Below are positions 50,384-62,863 of a DNA stretch of 64,000 nt, in pieces. Both the position numbers and the translations under genes were made by a program. The stretch lies in the NCBI GenBank assembly GCA_965112155.1, contig OZ218105.1; one strand, given 5' to 3'. The stretch comes from Podarcis liolepis. Its lineage: Eukaryota. Below the pieces are notes generated by a model. The model did no database searches, had not been told where the DNA came from, and saw only the letters and a program-made list of their open reading frames with translations. The first letter of the stretch is position 1, and every line of letters starts with the position of its first letter.

Positions 50384-52009
50384 AGCCCCTCTGGCCAAGC
50401 AGAATTTATACACTCAAGATAATGTCATATACAAATCAGTTTCCCCTTAAACCACTTTAACCGCCATCATTATTTAGCATGTGATCATAAGGGCAACTGT
50501 TTTGTACGTAAAGGACCACCTTCAATAGATTGCTTCATTTATTTATACACATTACTTCACTATATAGAAGAGGGAAGTTCAGTTTGTGTTATTCAAGGCC
50601 ACAGGGAGAAAGAAATTCCAGGCAACCCTTCAAGTCAGTGAAGCCATGTCCTCTGCTACAACCGGCAATATTCATTACTTTCCATTTCTTTGTCTGAGGG
50701 GCGGGAAACAACCGCTGCCACCCTTTCAAAGCCCTAATGTTCTTTCTGTGCTTTTGAAATCGGTGGCATTTTTCAGATCCTGCCTAGCTGAGAGGAAATC
50801 TGAGCACATTTCTTTTTATGATGATTATTATTATTCTGCACAAGGACTGATGGCTCCTAACCTCTTGGTCTCTCTTTACTCTGCCTTCTCTTTTATGTTA
50901 CATTAGAGCACATGGTGCCATTAGACTTCAATTGAAAGAAATGAAAAATCAAAAGGGGGCACTTGCTTCAGGTAAAAGCTACAAAGACACCCAAAGCTTT
51001 TCGCAAATCTTAAGCAAACTCCATTCACCCTTGACAATGTTTAAATAAACAATCTTTATGACATCCTTTTTATTTGACTTTGCTTCAATAAATACCACGA
51101 AACCAGGCACCTCCAGGGGCATTTCTGCTTCTGCAAAATACTGATAAGTCTCATCAGCATTTTTGTTTAAATGTACAGGATTTTGAAAGTAAAGGTTTAG
51201 TATTAAAACAAAATCCAAACAACAAAAAGGTGATTTACATTCCAACAAGCTCTTTTCTTTTCTTTTCTTTTCTTTTTTAAAAAATATATTTCGAACTAAG
51301 ATTTTCACATATTCCTGTATGGTTTAGAAAGTAGCCTTCGGCCTGCCTCGTGGGAGAAGTCAGGGATTTATTGACACAACTTTACCGACACAGCAGCCTT
51401 GGGACTAGAGCAGTTTACAACAACAGTTTAAGAAAATAACCAAGGAAAACAGCTTCCAATTCAATCTGCAAATGGAATTGAGAGAGGAAGAATGCAATCA
51501 TCGGTATTGGATTTTAGCCAGGGCATGAAAGGTTAACAACTCAAATGTTATAAGATGTTATTATTGCCAGGCCCAAGGCACAGCTGGTTAAGAGCTTTAT
51601 GAAATAACTACCTGAAAGGACATCACTACCAGCGCTGCCTTTCCTATGTAACTGTTTTGGTCCTATCTTAGGCTGCCCCACGAGCTTCATTTTCTAACAC
51701 AGAGACTAATCTAATGATGTTCTGGCTGTGTATATTTATGTACGGCAGAGTCTATGTACGGCAGAGCAATTTCTTCTTTCATGTGGCTATGGATTGGGGA
51801 ACTAATAAAAGCAGGGGTTCTCTGATTAGCAAGCTCAAAATCCCAAAGGGGCTTACACCACTACAGCTCAGTGGCACAGCACACATTTCACACACAGAGA
51901 GCTCAGGGTTCAATTCCCAGGCCTCTCCAGTCAGAAGGATCTCAGGCAGAAGTTCTGGGAGAGGCCTTTGGGGTTTGAGTCCTTAGAGAGGGACAGCCAG
52001 AGCTCACAG

Positions 52010-52535
52010 TATGAAGCTGCTTTTTACCACATCCAAACCCTGGTCTATCTAACTCAGTATTGGCAACAACTATCCAGGGTTTAGGGACACAGGTGGTGCT
52101 GTGGGTTAAACCATAGAGCCTAGGGCCTACCGATCGGAAGGTCGGCGGTTCGAATCCCAGCGATGGGGTGAGCTCACAGCTCCTGCCAACCTAGCAGTTC
52201 GAAAGCACGTCAAAGTGCAAGTAGATAAATAGGTACCGCTCCAGCAGGAAGGTAAACAGCGTTTTTGTGTGCTACTTTGGTTCGCCAGAAGCGGCTCAGT
52301 CCTGCTGGCCACATGACCCGGAAGCTGTACGCCGGCTCCCTCGGCCAATAAAGCGAGATGAGTGCCGCAACCCCAGAGTCGTCAGCGACTGGACCTAATG
52401 GTCAGGGGTCCCTTTACCTTTACTATCCAGGGTTTAAGGCAATTGTGTTTCCCAGTCCTAACTGGAAATCCCAGGGATTGAACCTAGTATCTTCTGCATG
52501 CAAAGGATGTGCTGTTCTACCAATGAGCTATGGGT
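52010..52535 (-). mobile_element. Old tRNA-derived SINE, host of the Sauria SINE insertion
   Basis: Minus-strand head ccatagctcattggtagaacagcac...ggttcaatccctgg; tail ...ctgagttagatagaccagg...aaagcagctt. Confidence 0.6.
52084..52421 (+). mobile_element. Sauria SINE
   Basis: Head gggacacaggtggtgctgtgggttaaacc, ACCTTT tail, 15-bp TSD ACTATCCAGGGTTTA. Confidence 0.92.
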
Positions 52536-52675
52536 TTCCTCCTAGTACCATGCTAGATGCACCAATGGTTTAGTAGTGCTACAAAATATAAATCCTTTTT
52601 ATTTATTTTTACACCAAGATTAACCAAGAAAAAAAAATGTTATAAAAATGCTGTGGTTCAAACACACACAATGTA

Positions 52676-53061
52676 CCGTACTTTTCCGTGTATAAGACTA
52701 GGTTTTTTCAATTCAAAAATCATGTTCAAAATTTGGGGTTGTCTAATACATGGGTAGTGCATTGTGGAGCCACGGGATTGGTTGCTGCCGCGAGTTGGAG
52801 ATTGTTATTGGTGGCTGCTGCAAGGGCTCTTGTTGATTGGCTGTCGCTGTGGCAATTGGGCGTGTGACTTGCTGTGTTTATTGGCGATGGGACAGAGGAT
52901 CAGCTGCTATCAGCTGTGTGTGAGCGGCATTGTCAGTCTGGTGGGTAAGTGATTTTTGGCAGCACCCCCTAAAAAAAGCTCAACAACTCTGCCCACCCTC
53001 CCAGAAACTCAAATTTTGAGTCTTCCAAAATAGGGGTCGTGTTATACACAGAAAAGTACGG
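52676..53061. mobile_element. TcMar (Tc2/pogo-like) non-autonomous element
   Basis: TA|CCGTACTTTTCCGTGTATAA ... TTATACACAGAAAAGTACGG|TA, at the palindromic target ATGTACAT. Confidence 0.88.
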
Positions 53062-53689
53062 TACATATTGTGATGCTATGTGAGTTTTAAATTGTTAGAA
53101 AGTATGCCTCTGCATAGAACTAATATCTCACTCTTACATCGGCTCCCTGTGTTCTCCTAGGCATGGGGACTTCTCAAGTTTCAACAAATGCCTAGGAGCA
53201 TCCAGAGCTGCAACAATTCATTAGGACCATTTTCATGTAAGCTTCCTGTGAGTGTAGTCTAATTTATTACACACCTTTCCCTAGGACACCTGTGGCAAGA
53301 AGTCCATCATAAAGACTTTATGATTTTTACTGTTCCTGCAGGAGTCACAGTCATCCAGGACTAAATAAGCAGAAAGTCAGCGAAGACAAAGTTACATTGT
53401 TTTCACCATAAACCAGAATTAAATCTAAGCACATGTCATTGCATCTGCATATTTCCAGCATCTTTAAGATCTAGGGATGCTTCTCAAATTCTCCTCCTCT
53501 GAATTTCTGTCTAGATTTTGGAATTGTGAATTATCTAGCCTCATTTCCATAGACAAACTGATACATTAGGAACTCATCATCATCTTGAATTTTATACACA
53601 AAGTGCAGTGAGCCATAGTTTGCTACAGCTATCAGTTCCTTTACATCCCATCTGTTCTGCCAAGGGCAGGGTTCTTTCTGGATCTGGAG

Positions 53690-54107
53690 CCAATAAGCAC
53701 ACCAGTGGATGAAGAAAAAACAATGCTTTATTTGTGTAAGGTTAACAGATAGCAGCAGGCATACAAAACACAAATTATAACATACCAGACAGGAGTCACA
53801 CACAATCTCCTCTTCAGCTGCTTGGAGCTCCAGGTAGAGCAGCGAGAGAGAGACCCCGGCCGATAGTCTCACAGCATCTGGTACCTTGATCTGTGAAGAA
53901 GCTCTCTGAGCCTCTTCAGCCCACAGCTTTAATGGCCAACTTTGATTTCATTGATTGCACCTGGTTAGCAGGCATCACCCATGATCAGCCCGGGACACCT
54001 GGTGCAACTAATGCGGAGCAGCTGAGAGTCTCCAACACTGCAACTGGGTATCCTCCCCACTAGCCAAACAGCATTTAGAACACAGGGGACCCAGGAAACT
54101 CCTGACA
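53690..54107 (-). mobile_element. Probable solo LTR (Gypsy-like), 3' boundary unresolved
   Basis: Minus strand starts TGTCAGGAG at about 54107, with AATAAA near 53727-53732. No TSD confirmed. Confidence 0.5.
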
Positions 54108-54754
54108 CAGGTGTGTGAAAAACAAATTACACTATCATGAATCAGCGAACCTTAAACTGGGGATGTAAAAGGGAAAGAGACCTATCATCTAACTCCTCGA
54201 AATTACAGTGGTCTTCCACGTTTCTCCTACACCATCCAACCCCTTCTACATCACCAATGTTCATGAGACGACTGATAAAACACTGCAAAGTAACAAATGT
54301 GATGCAATTATTGGCCAATCATTCATAAACATTTCTGCGCAGTGGGAAACCTCTCTCCTCAAAAAAATAAATAAAAAATCAAAGCTTTTTTCTCAGGATG
54401 CATCAAGATCCTGTTGCAGGGTGTTTAACAACACTGGTAAAACACCACACACAAATAATTTTGATGAGACAGTGATTAATAACTTATTATTATTACTTTT
54501 GGGGGGCAGGGTTCTTTCAATGGACATATGTAGGGCAAGGGAAAGAATGTAAAGTAACTGAAAACTTTATCAAAGTGTGCATACTCCAGTTCTGAAATTA
54601 ATTTCAGAAATGATCCTCATTAAACCAAAATTTAAAAGGAGTGCATGGGTGCAGGGCACAATGAACCAGAAAAACAATAAAGGAGTGGAACATGGAAAAT
54701 GTTCTTATTCCTAACTAGATAAAACATAAAGCACAAAGAAGACTGTAGAGAAAA

Positions 54755-55018
54755 TGTTATGTACTGAAGTTCTCACCCTGGGCCAGCAGGGGGATACTGT
54801 AGATAGTTTTTACTCAGGTCCACATATGCAAATAAGGGATCAAAAGTGACATTCAGTGATTGGATAGTTACATAAAGTTGTTACAGTTACGTTGTACTGG
54901 AGCTCTATATAAGCAGGCTGACTGAACCCTTCAGTTCAGTTCTGTTCTGGCCTGTGAATAAACAAGAGCTGTTTGAAGAATCGCTGTGTCGTCTGATATG
55001 TTCACCCACAACCTAACA
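54755..55018 (+). mobile_element. Intact solo LTR (264 bp)
   Basis: TGTTA...TAACA termini, 5-bp TSD GAAAA (54750-54754 and 55019-55023), TATATAAG at 54906, AATAAA at 54957. Confidence 0.9.
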
Positions 55019-55265
55019 GAAAAGGCACATTGATTACGCTTAGGGCGCTTCCAAACTGTTGCTGTTTTCTAGTGGGATATACTGGCAAGTGGGATACAAC
55101 TTACATGATGCAACTTCAATTATCGGCTCCCGCAAACAAACAAAATGCATGCTCAAAAAATAGCTTACATCATCTAATCTCCCTGCAAGCTCTGTGCAAA
55201 CAAAACGAGATGAGTACTTAAAGCAACTATACTAAAAGAAAGGAAACCAATGCATTTAGATTTAC

Positions 55266-55416
55266 CATGTATGTCTGCAGCATCAATCATTCCTAGTTCA
55301 ACAGGTGTTCCTGTTTTCAGAGTATATGTAGATGGGGTCTGATGGAGAACGCTTACTTCTCCAAAGGAGTCTTTTGGATGCAGTTGACCAATGAGGACTT
55401 GTTTCATCTGCTTCAT
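55266..55416 (-). CDS. CNBD1: CNBD1 coding exon (151 nt, phase 0 to 1) containing the FGE phosphate-binding-cassette region
   Basis: Acceptor aaaacag|ATG and donor CATG|gtaaat. The 50 codons MKQMKQVLIGQLHPKDSFGEVSVLHQTPSTYTLKTGTPVELGMIDAADIH are colinear with recalled human KRSQKLVYMGKLKEKESFGEISVLLQVPFTCTIITKKEVEMAIIEDKDLF. Confidence 0.92.
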
Positions 55417-56809
55417 CTGTTTTGAAACATGAACCCATACTGTTGGTTTCTTCAGCACATATTTAGGACTAGAAGATGCACAGCGTACAATTTATATGAT
55501 AAATTGCAAAAACTGTATGGGCTGATGGCCCTTGGTATGGTGCAAAATTCTGGCTGAGAAGCTAATGGAAGTGTAAGGTTGTCTGAAACTTTTAGGAAGA
55601 CATGGGGGTCTTTTATAACATTTGCAATGTGCTTTAGGCTGGGCGCGCACATCTTATCCTAGAATCAATGGAGCCTTAGTACTCCCCACACCATTTAGAT
55701 CTATTGCACTTAGTTCCTCCTAGAAAAGCCCTTCTTGAGAAATTGGCTTCATTCTGAAAATAAATGCTCATTGCAGATTAATTCTGCATCACCCCATAGT
55801 ATCTCCTTCTGAAAACAGATGTGGGCAGTCCCAGCAATATGGTGTTTGTATCCACATCTACCCAAGGACATTGGGGGTGGGGGTCTACCAAGACTTCAAT
55901 CACCACTTCCTACTTTCTTCTTCCATCAGCTGGGGCATGTACAGGGAAGAAAAGGTATAGATAACTTAATCAAGGGGAGGTTTTCCAAAGCTTGTCAAGT
56001 GACCGCATTCACACTTGTGAACAGCAGGATTTAGAATCAATGTAGACTGAAAGAAGCACGTTGAGGATGAGCATGAACGATTCTGGATCGAGAAAAATTA
56101 CATTTTAGCAATGTAAACATAGCCATGGTTATCACCGGATCCCCAAAAATCTTTTAGGAAAGACCTGTTGCCCTGACTCATTTGATCTTCAATTTCATTA
56201 TCATTTGAAACATTTAACTATATTCCTGTGAGAATATTCTCTCCCCAGGTGACTCATTTCCTGTACAAATGATAGTCACCAAGTTTGGGGGTGGTAGCAT
56301 TTTGTTTTATTGGCACCACAAATATGACATTTTTTTATACCTGGACAGAAAGCTACAGATCTAGAATGCAAAAAATGCACAAAAAATGCACAAAAAAGTG
56401 CTGTCACAATTAAGCATTTATAAGTGTCAGGGACTCCAGCATAAGAATTAAGCACATGCTTAGCTCTCTCCCCTGAAATCACAGAGCTTCAATGGGTCGT
56501 ACCCAACACTGTTGGGTTTTGGTATAATTTGGTTAAAGAATAAAAGGAAAATTCTCTGAATGTTTAGATCCAGGTTTGGGGCAAGTACACTTTGGTGACA
56601 GGGACCCTGCAGAGATTTAAAAACACAAAATATGTTCTTAAGAAATTGTGAATGTTTAGAAGCTAGGCTATTTTTTATTTGCTGCATGATTCCACTCGAT
56701 AACTGGCATTCCCTGAGCAATGTGCCTTAAAAGTCATATTTTAAAAAATAATAATAAATCAAGCAAACCAAATAAAAACAATCACAAGGGGGGGAGAAAA
56801 AAGATAGAA

Positions 56810-57010
56810 CATGGGTAGGCAAACTAAGGTCCAAACTAAGATTCGGCCCAATCGCCTTCTAAATCCGGCCCGTAGATGGTCCGGGAATCAGCATGTTTTT
56901 ACATGAGTAGAATGTGTCCTTTTATTTAAAATGCATCTCTGGGTTATTTGTGGAGCATAGGAATTCATTCATTCCCCCCCCCCAAAAAAAATAAAAAATA
57001 AAATAGTCCT
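56810..57010 (+). mobile_element. hAT Charlie-group (OC1-like) non-autonomous fragment
   Basis: catgggtaggcaaactaagg...cggccc...atccggccc...tttaaaatgcatctctgggttatttgtgg; family name from memory. Confidence 0.55.
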
Positions 57011-57440
57011 ACAAACTGTATGAGACTGGAGGAAAAAACAGTAAGATTTATTTATTTTTTTACAAAAATAATAAAAAATAAGAATTTAAAATGCCTGGGA
57101 AAATGGAAACAGCCTCATATGCATTGAAAGCATCATAGTGTGAGTGTACTGCATCAAACCTTAGCAGAGAAAGGAGAAGGGTGGAGCTGCTGTAGTTTGT
57201 CTGGGTGCCTATGTAAGTGAGCCTACTGCCCTCAAGTGCCACTGACGATGGTGAACCATTGTTGAGGTTAAGATTCAGCTGCCAGTCCAGTCAGCTTCTG
57301 TATGTGAAATTGAGGGTGGCTAGGTGAAACTTTGTGTCAGACAGCAAGATGACTTTGGCTCGCTGAGTAAGTAATCCAACAAAAAACAAAACAAAAGGAT
57401 TTCCAGAACTGATATTATGGATGAAAATGTAATTCCTCAC

Positions 57441-57550
57441 CATTTTCCCCAAAGGTCGCTTCACAAGGGCCGGAATGATTCGGTAAGCACTACAACTTCC
57501 AGACTTAATGAATCCAACATATTCACTTAATTCTCCTGCTTTCATAAGCA
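57441..57550 (-). CDS. CNBD1: CNBD1 internal coding exon (110 nt, phase 1 to 0), (V)LMKAGELSEYVGFIKSGSCSAYRIIPALVKRPLGKM
   Basis: Minus strand acceptor tttttcttgcag|TG and donor ATG|gtgagg. The peptide aligns without gaps to the human CNBD1 segment VIVESGNIISFVGYINSGCCNIYRSIIGFVKLRSNKV as recalled. It is the N-terminal part of a cNMP-binding beta-roll. Confidence 0.9.
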
Positions 57551-58341
57551 CTGCAAGAAAAATAGCAATGATAAATATATATATATAAGGTTTTCTCCAC
57601 CAACAATAATTTTTGCTAAATTATATTTTGAATTATGCCAAATGATGCTGTTTTTGAAGCAAACTTTATATGATATTTTGCCCTAAGGAGTGAATGTTGA
57701 CCTCGTATACCTTGAATGTCTCTGTTTCCAAGGTGAATCAAGGGTGAGCGATGCAGAAAAGTTCTCCAGTGTTAATTAGCACCACCCACCCCCGCTATTA
57801 TTTCTCTGCTATGGATTAAATCCGTTTGCATATTATTCTGTTTTTCTTGAAATTAAACACTTTCTGTGAAGGAGGGCACACTCAAGATTACTTAACACAT
57901 TTGAAGTTTTCCCTTTAATATATTTACATAGCGATAAAAGAAAGATAAAGAAAATGTTTTCTACACATTCTTCATTCATGCCCGGTTTCAAATCTGTACG
58001 AGTGAATAGAGCCCAGGATGGAAGTCATTCCAGATTAGCAGGGCAAGCCTATATATGTTTTCACCTGGATGTAAGTCCTCCTATGTTCATTGTGGATTAC
58101 TCCCAAGTAAATGCATAGGGTTGCAGGTGAATGGGTCCTAAATATATTTGGTTCATTTATTTATTAAAGCATGTTTTATGCTGCGTTTCGGGGTGGAGCC
58201 TTAAATTAGGCAGGGATGGCCAACAATACGTAAGACACAAAATAAGTGTCTCATGTATGCTCCCTAGACTTCTCTATTTAATCAAGTTTTATTATGTTCC
58301 AACCTGAGGACTACTGTTTCAAATTTGCCTGTTCTATCCAG

Positions 58342-58658
58342 TAATAATAATAATATAATAATAATTTATTATTTATACCCCACCCATCTCGCTGGGTTTC
58401 CCCAGTCACTCCAGGCAGCTCCCAGCAGAATATTAAAAACAAGATAAAACAGCAAACATTAAAAACTTCCCTAAACAGGGCTGCCTTCAGATGTCTTCTA
58501 AAAGTCAGATAGTTGTTTATTTCCTTGACATCTGATGGGAGGGAGTTCCACAGGGTGGGTGCCATTACCAAGAAGGCCCTCTGCCTGGTTCCCTGTAACC
58601 TCACTTCTCTCAGTGAGGGAACCGCCAGAAGGCCCTCGGAGCTGGACCTCAGTGTCTG
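58342..58658 (-). mobile_element. Young L2 3' fragment
   Basis: ORF 58311-58670 TLRSSSEGLLAVPSLREVRLQGTRQRAF...WNSLPSDVKEINNYLTFRRHLKAALF is nearly identical to the 38088 ORF. Confidence 0.92.
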
Positions 58659-61600
58659 AACAAGTAGCATGCACTCACATACCTATATGCACACAGGCTC
58701 CTGAATCATTCCACTTTGAAAGAAATGATGTGCTAGATGTCAATAGAGTAATTCCAGGTTCAAGCAGTGGCTGTAAGTTCCTACTCTACTGTTATAATCC
58801 ATTCCACTATATTTACACTTGTACAACAGAACTTGCTCCTTCCTTCACCCAAATCCTCCAGGGCAGATTTGGGGTGGGTAGGACATATAAGGGAGAAGTT
58901 CTGTTGCACAACTGTACATTCTTGCATTAACAGAATGATTGCATCCTTAATTTTTTAAAAAGTGAACATTTCAAACTTGTTTTCGTTCTGTACCTACCCT
59001 GAATATCAGCGGGGAAAGGGCAAGGGAAGGAAAGAAGGGAAAGCCAGGCTTTTGCAATTAGAAACTGAGCATATTTGGCCTCCAGGAAAAGAACTATTGA
59101 CATTGGCTCTTGTAAAAGAACCCTGACATTTTGCTACAATGAAAGCAGCGACACAAACACGACATTGTCACTAGTTCAGCACAAATGGAAACCAAGGGCA
59201 GGAGACCACATAAGGTAGGGAGACCGAACAGCTGGAAAGAAGGCAGACTCCATGGAATTGGAGTAGTGCAAAGTCACTGCAGACTTTTATTTGATGTGGG
59301 CATACAAGAGCAAATCTCTATTGAAGTCAACGAAGCTATGAATCTGGCTGCTCGACACCAGCTGGAATGCTCAGCTTGAGTTGGCACCTAACATTTTTCC
59401 ATGGCTGGAAAAAAATAGCAATAATAAACGCAGATGCTTTCAAAGTGTAATGCTGCCATTATATGCTCCTTTGTGACAGCCTATTGATGCAAAGTGGCTG
59501 TGAACTGAGCACCACTCATCATTTAACCCAGATTTATGGATAACTTATAACAAAAATACTGGCTGTGCCATGAAGTCCAAGGTGACTCTAAGATTCAAAC
59601 GGACTTCTTAAAAAGAAAGAATGCCATTTAAAAAAAAGGAATAACAATTTTTATGTAATGCACCCCAACTCTCTCTGTAAAATAACACCATAAAACACAA
59701 TTCAGTAATATAAGATGCCCAGCGTGAAAAAGAATGTGTGTCATTTACACTTTCTTTATCTCTGCTTCAGGATAATACACAAAGTGGTCCTTACCCTCCC
59801 AAGTACTGCATGATCTGAAACAAAAATTCTGTTCCTTCTGTCAAGCCATAAATGATGTTTAACATATCCAGGAATAAAGCCAACTCCAGAATAACACTGA
59901 TGTCATCCTGAATTTGAAACTAGAAATGTGCAGTGTTTTGGGATACATTCTAAACTGGGGTGCTTTAGAGAGATTCTGGGCTTGAGCAAGATGAAGTGGG
60001 ATCTGTACCAGGCACCCTGAATTGAAGTGGGGATCTCTCCTTCCCTTGTGGCACCTTAGAGACTCAGATATAAAAAAGAGCTCCAGCCAAGTATCTTCTA
60101 AAAGTGAAACATATAAAGGGTAAACTGGGCTAGAGGGCAGAGGTAAATACCAGGATGCAGACATGAAAAAGACAAAGCTCCATTGTAACTGAGAGGTCAA
60201 GCTTGCAAACAGAAGAGGAGGTTCTTTTACCAGGCTTTCCAAACCCAGTGCCTTTTGGGAAGGTAAATTATCTACCCCCAAATTAAATGTGTGCCTTGTA
60301 AACAACAACAACTGCTGAGCAGCTTTATCTTCATATCTGCAATTTTCAAATCAAACACATGTGGAGATTAAGTGAGTTCCATTCTGAAACTGTTAGCAAC
60401 TGTCCTTGCAGGAAAATCACTGCAGATCTCTTTCTGAAATTTGGCAGGACTCCTCTCTTCAGAATGGATGAGCTTGCCTGCAAACATCACCCAATTCTAC
60501 CTTTAAAAGTTAAAAAGGTATAGACATTTCCTTAAAAAAGAGAAAAAAACAAGGTGACTAGGACAAAAAGAAACGAAAAGGAAGAAAAGACCTGGACTGG
60601 TTTGCCTGCAATTTTGGCAAGCTCGATCCACTCTGGAGGGCTGAACTATGCTTGCAAAATCTCTTCCACTTTTATCAAAAAGTTATGGCCATTTAGATAA
60701 AATTTTCCAATAGTGGGTGCAGGGGGGTGGGAGTGAAGCCTCACACCCTCCCCCCATCGTGGCCTCTGTCTCAGACCCAAAGCTGAAACAGGAAGCTTCT
60801 AAAGTGTTTTCTGAAGTGCTGGATGGGTGTAAACCAAACCTTGTGGCCAGTGCACCATGACTTACAACTCTGGCATGCTACCAGAGACATTCGCAAGCAA
60901 AAGGAGCTGCTGCCTTAAGACAAATGCCTGATGCTCTTAAACAAAGGTGAAGGAAAATGTGGGGCTATATAAGTCAATGGGTTTTCCCACCAGAAGAAGT
61001 AATGAGCTGCACCACTGCTCCTGGTGAGAGGAATTCGAACAGACAGCTTATCTGCAGGTTTAAATAAAACTTGTCATAAAATCTATTTCTTTCCCCCATA
61101 GACTCTATAACTTTTTGTTGCACAGTCCTGAAATGCCATGTAGCCAGGAAGAAGAACCTGGTTTCGAACAGCTAAATACATGGAACATTTTCATTAATAC
61201 TAGCAACCCCATTCACAGCTGCATAATTAACACCTTGAATAAGGGAGGGAAAGGGCAAGAAAGTTAATTTTTGTAGGCATTCCTGTAGCCTGTTTCTGCA
61301 GCGGTGATGGGCTCGCTTTGTTAAAACCCTTGGGTCTTTTCTTCCTTGTTCTTCAGTTTCTGTAGACTCTAATCAGCATAACGTGTGGGCCTTGTACCTT
61401 TGCAGCAGCAGATGTCTCATTGCTGAAGGTACCGCCATGGGTGCAAAATCCCATCAAAAGCAGAACAGAAATCAGGGCAGGGTAGTTAAGAAATAAAGCA
61501 TGCAATAATTGGGTGGCATGGACATCCTTTAATGTTCTTTAACTTGTGTTATGCTATGGAATGCTCTCCCTAGGAATGCTCGCCTGGTGCCCATATGGTT

Positions 61601-62863
61601 GTGTCTACAGTAGCAATCCAGATTTCTTTTTTGTGCCATGTTTCTAGGTACAGGTCTGGGCTTTAAAGCTCCATGTTGAAGTGGGTTGTTGTTTTTTTCC
61701 TGCCCCAAAACTTTCCCTGAGAAAACCTGTGTTTTACTGCTGAATCATAACAAACGCCCATCAGTGGGTGGTTTTTAAATTCCATGTCTGACAGCAATTG
61801 CCACTCGTTTGCTTTTTATTGTCTTCTATGTGCTGGTTTTTCTTATACTTGGCTTTTATGCTTGCTGGGTTTTTAAACTTATTGCAGATTTTTACTGTAC
61901 CTTTGTTTTATCGTTATGCTTTATTTTTCTGTACTAGGCCCAAAGCATTTATTTCATGGTGTATCTTATGAGCATAATAATGAATGAATGAATGAATGGA
62001 ATTAGAATTCAGACTCAAAGATGCCAGATTTGACCTCGTTGGCAATGACTGGCAGGGAAGTTTGCAGTCCTGGACAAAAGTGGGGTTTAACTTTAACTTC
62101 ATTCAGAAAATGCACACACACAGTCTCTGTATACATTTGCAGTTAGAGCTACTGGGAAGTTCTCCTGCACAACCTGCCTTGGAAGGAAAGGAAGCAGTGG
62201 AAAATCATAGCAATGCACTTTCCCAGCTCCCTTTCCCCCTGTCCCAAGTGGGAGGATTTCTGCTGTTCATTTATATTAATGGCCAAAGCCTAGGACCAAC
62301 CATTATTAATTTCTAATCTAATTTTGAGCACAACGGATAGGGCTTCTCCGGTGATTTATCTATACATTCACAAGCACATAAGCACATTCCTTTCTTTAAC
62401 CAGAGTGGTGGAATCCCCCCCCCCTCTCCCTTTTTGTCTGAACTCTTGCTGAGCCCTTTAAAAGCCGTTGGTGGTTTAAAATAAACTAGTATTTTACAGC
62501 TCCTTCACAAAACAACGTGAGTTCTGCCAGAAGCTCCAAAGCAAGATGAAGAAGTAGAGAACAATCATTTCCACATAATGAAATTGTTTGAAAAGCTTTC
62601 CCTCGACGTACCTACATAAGTACTATTTTGCTAGGAATTCTTGCTCCAGTGCCAATGATGTGACACACAATACTGTGGCTTGGCAGCTATACCACCACTA
62701 CAGCTGAGAGGGTGGCTGAAGGCTGCAATCATAAACACACCAGGTCTCTTTTGACATCATAGAATTCACTTCAAAGCAGACGTACCTAGAAATGTCCTGC
62801 ACAACTTTGCTGAATTGTGACCACTAATTATTAACTGGTAGTCGTCACTGAGCCCTATGAACA

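Noticed and set aside
50979-51308. 109-aa minus-strand ORF in a CNBD1 intron
   Set aside because: No recognisable homology or convincing splice sites; the slight resemblance to the EW motif is better explained by the 30781-30840 exon.
60400-60700. Degenerate repeated units (gaaatttggcag / caattttggcaag), with similar patterns at 10260-10700
   Set aside because: Probably remnants of an old interspersed repeat; I could not define ends or a family, and it is not a CRISPR-like array.
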